A stretch of DNA of 53,207 nucleotides, filler included, from Barthelona sp. PAP020 (lineage: Eukaryota): NCBI GenBank assembly GCA_040182905.1. It is 2 parts of 2 records of this genome, joined end to end, with 100 filler letters (N's around TTAATTAATTAA, not from the genome) between each part and the next. Parts side by side here need not be neighbours in the genome. Positions count along the whole stretch, not along the records: positions 26,647 to 53,207 come from JARQWU010000136.1; 1 more part is not named here. The stretch is one strand, 5' to 3'. The notes under the pieces were generated by a model. That model worked only from the letters and a program-made list of their open reading frames with translations, made no database searches and was not told the DNA's origin. The translations under genes and the position numbers were made by a program. Positions 42,726-53,207 of this stretch are shown piece by piece (position 1 is the stretch's first letter; every line of letters begins with the position of its first letter).

Positions 42726-45700
42726 ATGAACGACTTGAATATTAATTTTTTATCGACTTTTTTCTCCCCAACAGATTTTTTTTCAATTTTATTTATATTT
42801 ATTGGATTGATTTTATTGATTAGATCAAAACGTAAACACTCTAAATATGTGACAATATGTTTTATTTTACATTTATTATTGTCATTTGTTGATGTTATTT
42901 TGTTTTATCGAACTTTTTTTGATGCTGTAATTGTATTTTTTATTAAATGTTGCATTGCTTTAATTATCATATTTCATTTTTATTCGACTGTATGGAAATA
43001 CATGTCATTTTCCAAATATTCGCCTGTTGTTTTCATTTTATTTTTATTGGCTTCCATCTATTATTTCATCAATTCATTGTTAAAAGAAGAAATCAGAGGA
43101 TTACATTTGGTTATGCTTCATATTGTAACCCTACAATACATTTCCAAAAATTTTTATATTGGATATCGATTAGAATTGGAAAATTTGACCCATTTTTTTT
43201 TGTGTCAAAAGGATGAAAAGCAGAGGCTTTGTAAGTTTTTTTCCAAATTTAACAAAGATTATGAGAACGGAATTAATCCTCCCATATACAACCGATGTGA
43301 TTTTCAAACCAAATTTTTAATTCCTTTTATTTTACCAATAGTTGTTCCTTATTTCTTTATAATCCCATTAAATATGGTGAATAATTCTCATTTTGTTGAT
43401 AAATTATTGGTTTCCATGACATTAACAAATTTATTGTACATTTTTATCATGTTAGTGTTGTTTTTGGGTCATTTATCTTTCATTTTTGAAAATGCCTGCA
43501 TATTTTTATCTGTTACTGCAATTCCTTTATTTGTATTTAATGTTTGTTTGGAATTCACTTTTATTGATGTTAGTTTCGCCAGTGCAACATCAACCTTTGT
43601 CATTATGGTTATTTTTCAATATTTCTTCAACTCAAAATTAAAGTTTGATGCTGAAAGAAAATTGTTGGAGATTAATATATTTTTTGGGTGGATGAATGAA
43701 ATTCCCAAAGCTAAAAGTTATGGAGGTTTTGATGAACAGACAAATTTTGGTCTTGGTCTTGGTATTAATAGTTTAAAGAATGAGTTCAATGATATCAATC
43801 GAGGAACCAGTATGGGTAGTACAGGGGATGTGGCTAGTCTTAAATCTGGTAATAAGAGTGAGAATAATGGTTTGAATTATACATTTCCCTTATCTTTTTT
43901 GTTTAATAATTATAATGAAGATGATAAAACAACGTCTAACTTGAATTCAAAGATGATGTGTTACATTCTGATTATTGCTACGTTGTTCAATGCATTCATC
44001 ATATGGTTAATTATGGTTTTACCTGAACACATTATTCATTATGAATTATCTGGTTTTCAGATCTATATTGTTCATGCCATGGTTATAGCTATTATTTTAG
44101 TGATAGTATCTAGTCATTTTCTAAATTTATTTTATGAAAAGCAAGATTTTTTTCAATATTACAATTTTTTGCTGGAGAATAAAGAAGAGTTGTTTGTTAT
44201 ACCGATTAAGTTGAAGATAACTTTGATGATTTTTTATTTTTCATACATTATAATGATAATTTTGATTTTAGTTTTTTTATTTATTTTTAAGTTAAAAATT
44301 GAATATTTTTCAGTACTAATGGTGTTTTATGCTTGTTTATTTATTACATGGTTATTTTATTTTGGAGAATTCTTATCTTTTGAAAATCATACCATTGTTA
44401 CAAATAAAACCAATCAAAATACCATTAGTACAACTCCAAATGTTACTAATCAACATTCAAAAATCATTGAATTAATTAACTTACCAAAGAAAATCAATGA
44501 AATATCATTCTTTCTTGCAATTTTTTCCAGTTTTTTTTTAGATTTTTTTTTTGATTCTTATCTCATTTTATCAATTACTTCTTGTATAAATATCTTTTTA
44601 TTACATATTTATATACATAAAACTACATTAAATCATGTTAATAGGACTTCAAGATTTTTATTTTTTTTGATTGATTTTTTAACAATTTATGTATTAATTA
44701 TTGAAGTATATTATGGTTTTGGTTTAAAGATTGATGATAGAACATTGTTTATTAAACAATTGAATATATTCAAACAATTTAGTTACAGTACAGGATTATT
44801 TGTTTGTTTATTCATTCCAAAATATTTCATAGCAAATAAAGAAGAAGATATAAGGTTTGAAAAGGATAATTTTATTTTTTTATGTCGTGTATGTGTTATC
44901 ATTATATTAATTTTCTTACCTGTTTATATTATGAATTGGTTATTGAATGATATGAGTGTTTTTTTCATGACATTATGTAATTCGATGATATTTATTATTT
45001 TTCCTGTTCTTAGTAGTATTTATGCTTTTACTAGACATAGAATTCGATTAGGATTTGTGTTTTTATTACTTACATTGTTGATTATTTTACCTTCCATTTT
45101 TTTGAATTATTTAATGAATGATTTTCAATTAATGGATATTTCAATTTTAATAGTTGTATTCAATATTGTTATTTTATTATTTATAGGTATTTCTACTGAT
45201 ATTAGTTTGATTTTACCAATGAGATCAAAACGTAATATAACGTTTATTGGTAAAAGTAATAAATCTGTTGTATATTCTTTACATAAAGAAGATAATAAGA
45301 TGAATGATTACACAAAGCTAGCATTATTTATTGATTTGCTAGGATTTATCAGTTTGTTTTATCTAATCTTATTATTTTTAAAACAACCAACTTTGATTCG
45401 TCTTGTCATGTTTTTAATTTCTCTTTTACAAACTTTAATCATTTCAAATAGGTTTATTGGTGTTGAATCTGAAGTTTTAATGACTAATAGAGCTTTTCTA
45501 AATTCAAAAATTTTTTTCAAAGCTTTTAATAACTTTAACATTTATTTTCCTTCCTTTAATTCTACTTCTAATTCTAATTCTTCTTCTTCTTCAGCAATAG
45601 GTGCAAGTATATGCATAGGTGTAGAAAAAGGAGGAGTAGAAACAGGAATAAGAACAAAAACTTTGAATTCAAAGATGGTTATTGAAAATGTTGAAATTGG

Positions 45701-48700
45701 TGAAAATATCAATAAAGATAATACTGAGTTCAAAATGGATAAAGAAGAAGAGGAAGATGAAGAAGTTAAAGAAGAAGATGATGATGATAATGAAGAAGAA
45801 ATTGTAAAAAATAAAAATGATATCATGAAGATTGATAAGAAGAAAGATTTATACAAATTAAAAGGCAGAAGTATTCGCTTAAGTATGAGTGAAAAAGTTT
45901 TAGATCAAAGAAAATTGAAAGAAAATGAAAATGAGAGTCAAATTCAGATTCAAAAAAAAAAAATTAAAAAAAGCAGTAGAAACAAAGGTAAAAGTAAGAA
46001 TAACGATGGTAATCAAATATTAAATGAAGATATAAAGCTTGGTTTAAATCAAACGAAAACAAAACTGAAAGGTTTATCACGTTCAAGTAGCACAGCTAGC
46101 AATATTACTAATATTACTGATTTATTAAACATTAATAACACTCATGCTCATGTTCATCCTTTGTGTGATGATTGTAATCATACCCATACCCAAACACATT
46201 CTAATTTTAACTCTCCTTTGAATATTGCAATGGAGAATATTGATGTAAATGTCATGGAATTGCCTAAGATTCTTCAACAATATTTGTTTGAATTATCTTT
46301 TGAAAATTCGATGCGTAAGAGTGAGATTGAAATCAAGATAATTTTAATTTTGTTCTTTTTGCTTGAATATCGAAAGAAATATTTTTATTTTGTGTTACAA
46401 AAATTTAAAAATCGACATTATCATAATGTTGATCTGATTCAACTTGTAAAAAACGATGAATTTTCTGCAGAATATGTCTTGTTAGAGTTTTGTAATTTTT
46501 TCAATGATCAAACTACCATTTCTCAAAAAGGAGGTTTAAATCATCAATACGATAAATCTTCTCGTTCTCATTTATATAACTTCAGTCAAAACGATATTTC
46601 CATTGCAAATTCTAATGAGATCAATGAGATAAACTTACATGATTATGATAGTAATGATGAAACAGATGAAGAGGCTTTTGAACTTGTTAATATGGAATCT
46701 TTTTTACATGAAGAATATGAGAATGAAGAATCGTTATTGTTAGGAGATCATATTCATTCTGCTACCTTTTTATTTGATTATGATCATTTAAACCGTATAT
46801 GTATGAGTAATTGTGGTATAAATGAAAACAAATATAATATATATCGAAATAAGACACTTACATTTGAAGAATCTTTCATAAGATTTCACAATGATAATAT
46901 GCAAGCAATATTACCCCCATTAAACCCTAGCAATCTTCAAATTTCCTTTTTAGAAATGGAAATGCAAACCATTGAATCTGTACTAGTCTTTAACACAATT
47001 TTTTCTGAATTATTATTAAAAACTGAAAATTTGAGAAGGTTTATCGATAAGATTAAATATAAGCTATGTGGATCAGAATTGACTTTTTTTCAGCAAAATA
47101 TTGAACATTTGTTGGATTTATGTGTTAGATTTGATTCATATGTCGTTGAATTACAGGATTTCAAAAGCTTAAGAGATTTAACGACTATCAACAATATTAC
47201 TGAAGATTGTTTTTCTGAGAGTATAGAAACAGATATTGCTAATCTTAATTTCTCCAATCGTAATACCACAAATTCACATTCAAGGAGTAGATCTCGGTGT
47301 AGTAGTGGTTTCAATACTTCACGTACAACCACAACTAGAATGCATTCTCCTATCAATTCACCGAATGATTCCCCAATTTTGAAATCTTCTCAAGATAATT
47401 TCACAGATATTTTCAGCAAAAAACATATTATTACGATTGAACGATATAATGATACAACCGTCAGTTCCTTTGAGACTCTTGAAAGTTCAGTGGAGAATAT
47501 TGCTCAATTTTCAAATTTGTTAACCGTTTCAAATACTGATCTTTATGAACCTCATTATGATCGTTTTAACTTAGATTTAGATGATGTAAATGTCGAAAAA
47601 GAAGTAAAAAAAGATAATGAAATTGAAACAACTATGGAGTGTGTTAAAAACACAGACCCAAATGGGTTAATCATTTCTCAAATACCTACAACAACTTTAT
47701 ATTCTTCACGTTCATCGTATTCTTCCCATTCATCAACACAATCTTCTTCCTTCAATTCTTTGAATGGTTTAAAACATAAGGATCATCATGGAAAACATAA
47801 AAATAATGATAATGATGTAAACAACATTAATGATGGAAAAGTTGAGTTATTGAAAGAATATCAGAAGATTAACGAAGATCTTGATAATATGAATGGAGAA
47901 ACTGAAGTTTTTACAGTTGAAAAGGATATTGTTGAGGATATTGAAGATGAAAAAAGAGATATTGAAGAAGTTGAAAGAACATCTGTCAGTATAAGCAATA
48001 AAAGTGATTTATTTACTCAAAATTTGAAACGTTTAGTTAACAATTTTGTTAGTATAAAGAATGATTTCACTAGTTTCCATGCGATTCATGAGATTTCAAA
48101 TTTAAAACTTGAGGATTATGAAGGAAGACGTACATTAGGTTGTTTAACTTATTTAAATACTTTAATCGAATGTAGATTAACCAATCAAAGGTTTCATGAT
48201 AAAGATTTTGAGAATGTTACGAATGTTCTTGGAAATGATTTCAGTAATAAATTTGAATCTGCTAGTATGGCTAATTTAATAAATATTTATGGTTCAAATT
48301 ATTCATTAACAGATTTTTGTATTAATTCTCACAATCATAGTCATTCACATGGTCATTCACACAGTCGAAATCCAGAAGCTTTTAAACAATTATTAACGTT
48401 ATGTAATTTATTGGGTTTAAATAATTTATTAATGGAAGCAATCATTATTTATGATAAAAAAGCAGGCATTTTTTTGATCAAATTATTTGATCAATATTTT
48501 GAAGAATATATATTAATTGATGATTCATTTCCAACAATTGATAATAATCTGGTGAATATCTTTGATTATGATAACAAAAAGATTTTGTTGATGCTTTTAG
48601 AAAAGGGTTTGGCAAAAATGTTTGGATCTTACACAGATCTTTATCGTATGAATAAAGAAATCGTTTTTATCAAGTCTTTATTGGGTTGGAGAGGTGAAGC

Positions 48701-49078
48701 AATAATATTTCAAGATTTAGATGATAAAATCATCAACTTTTATTTACTATTTCGTGGTATTTGGAAAATGAATGAAATCAAATTGAACGATGTAGAAGAA
48801 GTAGGGTTTCATAGTGCTAATAGCAATGAAACTGAAAATGATAACGATGAAGACAAAGATAATGGAAATGAAAATTTAAATGCTGAATGTTCTGTTTGTT
48901 TAGTAAAAACAAATGAAAATTCTAAGATTGGATTGATTCCATCAGCTTTATATATCATTGATTGTTATATCTATTCATCAGATATTGAGTTAATTTTTTT
49001 GAGACCCTTATATACTTCTTCTTGTGATTGTTCTAACTGTTATACTAATACTATTACTAGTACTACTACTACTACTAA

Positions 49079-49110
<32 letters not shown>

Positions 49111-49805
49111 CTTCATTTTTAGAGAAAAATTCAGTGGAAAACGAGAAATTTTCTGGTAAATATCGTCTGGATTCAATATTTTGGACCAAAGGATTATTAA
49201 AGAATCAATTAAAAGCTTTGAAAACTTCCAAAACGAAAAGTAATAATCTTGATGGGATCTGGTTAACTGTTGAAGAATTTATTGATGAAATATCTTGGGT
49301 TAGCAATTTTTTCATACTTGCTGGTTTGAAAAATAAAAGTAATAATGGAAATTTCAACAATGAATATTCTGATCAAGTATATTTCCATGATAACCCAAAC
49401 CTATTTCTAGCTAACCAACATCTTCTTGCTTTCAATTTCTCTCAACAAAATTCTTTGCCATTACCTTCATCACTTTTCCCTCAAAAATTTAAATTGCATG
49501 TGGAACTGATATTTAGGACGAAAACTGTTTTTGAATTGTGTTTCGGGTTGTTTGTTCACAAAAATATTCCTGCTTCACGTTTTGACTTAAAGTTGATTTC
49601 CAACATGTTTTATGTTTGTAAAGGTAAAAATCTAATTACTATAGATGTAAATCTAGCAGAATTTGATATCATTAATAAAAAGGAACATATTTCTTTACTA
49701 TTATTTAATACCACAAGTTCACAAGATTTATCCCATTGTCATTATGTCTTGAAAATTTATTACTCTGATAATCTCAATATTGAATTGATTCACACAAATG
49801 AATAA
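42726..49805 (+). CDS. DEK1-like large transmembrane calpain (multi-TM + linker + degenerate CysPc + C2L-like), probably protease-dead
   Basis: About 23 hydrophobic segments in the first ~910 aa. Calpain core remnants in order: GRRTLGC, AGIFLIKLF, LIDDSFPT, LLEKGLAKMFGSY, GLIPSALY, IFLRPLY, FSGKY...FWT, DGIWLTVEEF, NPNLFLANQHL. Confidence 0.8.
49055..49115 (+). repeat. (ACT)n/(TCT)n coding microsatellites (poly-Thr/poly-Ser)
   Basis: actactactactactact...tcttcttcttct... inside the calpain-like domain. Confidence 0.85.
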
Positions 49806-50181
49806 GAAGAGAGAAGAGAGAAATAGTCGTCTCTTGTTCAACCTAAATAAATATATTGTTTTTATTGTTCTTTCCTTATATTTTTTTTAATATTTCCCGT
49901 TATTCTGTATCCCTTTGTGATATATGAAAAATAATTTTTAAATGTATAATTAATTCAATAATTTGAACAATTGAAAAACAATTTTCTATTTCCCCTTCCA
50001 ACACAAATAATGAACGTTTCTGTTAAAATGTCCTTTCAAAGAAAACAACAAAAACATAACAATTAATTCCTTGAATTTAAACGATAAATTGAATATTTTG
50101 GGAAATCAAAAAAAAGAAATCGAAAACATTTTCTTCCACATTTGTTTAAAATTACCTCTTGTGTACCACTGAAATCAAAAA

Positions 50182-51195
50182 ATGAATCAAAGCAAAACAG
50201 GCGTTGAAGGACTTGATGAAGATGAAAACCAAAATATTTGCTTGGTTGATAACTTTAAAGAAAAACCTATTTTTAACCAGAAGTTTCCCGACAGCGAAGT
50301 TGATTCTTGTGACTATAGTTCTGATGGTCAATTCTTTGCGGTAGCAGGAGATTACGAAAGCAAATTATTAAGAGTCTACAATGCTAGAACATATAAAATT
50401 GTGCATGAAGGTCAATACTTCATGATAAGGGGTCTCAATTTCAGTCCCGACTCCAAAATTTTGGCTGTTGGTGGATTTAGTCCGGCAATTCATATCATTG
50501 AAGTTGATACTTGGAGAACACTGAGAGTGATTAATGATATGGCAAAGGATGTCGCTCGTATTTGGTTCTCTTCAGATGGAAAATTGCTTTCATTTGGTAT
50601 GGCTTGTGGTTTCATTGCTATATACACTGTTGAAGGTCAGAAGTTACATGAATCAAGGCCACATGAAGATTGGGTTAGTTCTGTGCGTATCAGCCCCAAT
50701 ATGAAGTACTTCGCTTCTGTTAGCAATGATGGATATTCAAAATTGTTTTTATTGGAGACATATGAAGAGCTTAACACATGGGGTTATGAAGGAAAGAGAG
50801 TAAAATCAGGCAGCTTTTCAGCAGATAGTGCTTATTGGGTGACAGGGGATTTTGATGGTACTGTCAGAATATTTGATGTTGAATCAAGAGAGTTGCTGGG
50901 AAAATACAAGATTCATAATGATTGGATATGCTCAATCATCTTCTCTCAAGATGGTTCATTGATCTATTCTGGTTCTTCTGACAAATCATTTGCTGTGATT
51001 CGAAGAGAAACTGGTCAAGTGTTGCAGAATGTGCATGTACCTTTTGAAATTTATGCTATGGCCCTCAACCATGATGGAACTCGTTTGTTGTGTTGTGGTT
51101 GCCATTATCCTGATGATGCTCCTGTTCAAGAATTCATTGTATCATCTCAAAGTTTACTTGTTGAAAGAGATGGTTCTTTTTGTACACTTCAATAA
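50182..51195 (+). CDS. WD40-repeat protein, 337 aa
   Basis: Seven WD40 repeats (HEDWVSSVRISPN, TGDFDGTVRIFD, HNDWICSIIFSQDG...SGSSDKS). Confidence 0.9.
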   Translation: MNQSKTGVEGLDEDENQNICLVDNFKEKPIFNQKFPDSEVDSCDYSSDGQFFAVAGDYESKLLRVYNARTYKIVHEGQYFMIRGLNFSPDSKILAVGGFSPAIHIIEVDTWRTLRVINDMAKDVARIWFSSDGKLLSFGMACGFIAIYTVEGQKLHESRPHEDWVSSVRISPNMKYFASVSNDGYSKLFLLETYEELNTWGYEGKRVKSGSFSADSAYWVTGDFDGTVRIFDVESRELLGKYKIHNDWICSIIFSQDGSLIYSGSSDKSFAVIRRETGQVLQNVHVPFEIYAMALNHDGTRLLCCGCHYPDDAPVQEFIVSSQSLLVERDGSFCTLQ

Positions 51196-51361
51196 ATAAA
51201 CATTCGAAACAAAAATTCTTTTGGCATTAGTGGTGAGATTCAAATTGAATCAGGAGGTCAGAAAAAAATATTATTCTTTTCTTTAGATGTTCACCCATCT
51301 ATACCCAAAACATTCTCCTTTCAAGAAATTTCTGAACTATCCAAGCAAAATGATACAGTTG

Positions 51362-51600
51362 CAAGTACTCCCAAACTCTAACCGAGAACAATAAAGGTCC
51401 TTATAAGCATTTATTATTGTCTTGTGAACAGCTCTATATCACTATTTTGTTCAAGTTTCGCGCTGGGAAAGAACCTTCTTTTTTTTTAGGAGAGTTCTGA
51501 ACTTATCTACGCACAACCAACCAGTGACAAGTAACCCAAACTCTAACCTTGAACAGTAAAAGCTTTTATTAAATGTTTGTTATTTTGTCGAGTGAACTTC
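51362..51600 (+). repeat. Two copies of dispersed repeat family C
   Basis: caagta(ct/a)cccaaactctaacc..gaaca.taaa at 51362 and 51528, each followed by ...gtgaac; related to 27348-27420. Confidence 0.6.
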
Positions 51601-51970
51601 TCATCTGATAATCTTTATAAAAGCCTTTATAGCCATTTTCAGTTTTGAAGACGTAAATGAATACGTGAAATTAATTTGGCAACAATAAAAATTTCACCGA
51701 AAGAGGACGCAAAGGAAGAACTAACCCATAATACTCCTGTACATAAAGCTAATAATCCCAAAAGAATGAACATTTATTTTCCAGACTCAAAGAATTTTGG
51801 ATCGGTTGACCAAAACAGCAAAGATACCATGGAGTAATTTCCCCAACCCCTGTTAGTAAATATAAATTAAAGCCTTTAATTTTGCCCTTTCGTCCAACGT
51901 GAATTATTTTGCAATCTTCTGCATTTTCAAAGACTCGATCCTCTTCCATAATATTTCATTTGTAAAACCA

Positions 51971-52044
51971 CTCCTCCCACGGGGCTCGAACCCGCGACCG
52001 TCCGGTTAAAAGCCGGAAACTCTACCGTACTGAGCTAGAGAGGA
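51971..52044 (-). tRNA. tRNA-Lys (anticodon UUU), intron-less, 74 nt
   Basis: Cloverleaf: acceptor TCCTCTC/GGGAGGA, D arm GCTC/GAGT, anticodon arm TCCGG-CTTTTAA-CCGGA (TTT at 52010-52008), T arm GCGGG-TTCGAGC-CCCGT, discriminator G. No encoded CCA; TTTT Pol III terminator just downstream. Confidence 0.97.
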
Positions 52045-52569
52045 ACTGTCTATTCTTTTAGTATAAACTATTTGGAATGAAACATATATAATTAATATAT
52101 TTAAAATCAATAAAATTAAAGATATCGATATATTAAAATAGATAATTACTTTATAACTAAAAATTTCTTTACATAAAAGTAAATAAATAAAAATTATTTA
52201 ACAAAGAATTTCACAAACATAGTTAATTCACTTGAAGAATATTTTCGTTCAGTTATGAAACAATTGCACTCACATAAAGGAAAATTATGTGGAAGTTCAT
52301 GCTCAATGAACGGAAATTATTGGAGATATAAAGAGGTCATCAAATATCACTTCCTTTGTTTTTTGACCATCTTTAAGTCCAATTTTTTAAGTTACTTGGG
52401 CATCTGAATCCACGTGAGTTTTCCCCAAACCTTAAGCTAACTCGTTTCGTTGTTCACTGAACAACTCATACCTCATAAATATCTAATAAATAAAAATTTA
52501 GTTCAGTTGTGCAACAACTATATTTATTCATAAAGAAAATAAACTCAGCAAACTCATTCTAGCAAATTT

Positions 52570-52725
52570 CAGTTGAAATCCCAGGAGGGGAATTCAGGAA
52601 CTGAAATGTAATTGGAACGATCAAGCAGGAGAATTTCGGAGAAATTGTTCATTCCTATTTTTTGGTATTTTTACAAAAGCAAAATTTTAAAGTTCTGACT
52701 TTCTTTTTTGAAAATTAAAAATTGA
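52570..52725. repeat. Solo arm of the foldback/MITE-like element
   Basis: cattcctattttttggtatttttacaaaagcaaaattttaaagtt matches 26668-26712. Confidence 0.75.
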
Positions 52726-52936
52726 AGAGGTTAACATAAAAATATTGGTTTTGATCCCTCTAAAAGAGATTTGTAGCACATTACCTTTGCTATGAATAGG
52801 ACGAGGAGAATGTCATGATGAAATCTTTAACAGTTACAACACAATGCAACACAGTAATTGCTCTTTTGCTTTAAAAAAGAATTATCCAACAAAGGTTTTT
52901 ATGTTTTTTAGAAAAGAACCTGAGTTTTTGTGGTGA

Positions 52937-53170
52937 ATGAAAGAGGAAGTTCAATGTGAAGTCAAAACTCCTCAAATGAAACATTCCAAGTCCTATAATT
53001 TATATATGAAGGAAAAATTATCCACAAAACATGAATGGAATAAATATGTAACCACAAAAAAGACCTTTCTAATCATCATTGTCATCACTGTCATCTTCCA
53101 TCTCTTTATCAATATACTGACGCATATTACCACCATTCCTTTCATTGATGTCAATCAAATCCCAACATAA
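52937..53170 (+). CDS. Short ORF with one TM helix (possibly a truncated type II membrane protein)
   Basis: ATG-TAA, 77 aa, hydrophobic FLIIIVITVIFHLFINIL after a basic patch. No family recognised. Confidence 0.3.
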   Translation: MKEEVQCEVKTPQMKHSKSYNLYMKEKLSTKHEWNKYVTTKKTFLIIIVITVIFHLFINILTHITTIPFIDVNQIPT

Positions 53171-53207
53171 GTTGATTGACATGTCAAAATCTCTTTGATT
53201 CATGTAG

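Noticed and set aside
53148..53182. 11-bp inverted repeat (atgtcaatcaa/ttgattgacat) spanning the stop of the last ORF
   Set aside because: Single AT-rich hairpin at the window edge with no supporting context.

Overview
AT-rich, essentially intron-less eukaryotic DNA from a flagellated protist (BBS1 present; standard genetic code, all three stops used). A 100-nt scaffold gap (26547-26646) splits the window, so linkage across it is unproven. Conserved genes: Sen1/senataxin-like SF1 helicase, BBS1, a Kelch protein, tRNA-Lys(UUU), and a 2359-aa protein with ~23 TM segments and a degenerate calpain domain that reproduces the DEK1/phytocalpain layout. Fast-evolving content: three kinase-ankyrin paralogues (one pseudogenised) whose near-identical 99-nt repeats vary mainly at DARPin-type binding positions; three WD40 genes linked to an unnamed helical 'NGGN' module, one fused across a frameshift to an atypical kinase and a HECT N-lobe-like tail; and a bacterial-type DUF3781 gene. 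Mobile DNA: a defective CRE-like RLE non-LTR retrotransposon, 3' ends of a second related family, a DIRS-type RNase H relic, a foldback/MITE family and two other dispersed repeats. All family assignments come from reading motifs by eye; no database searches were run.
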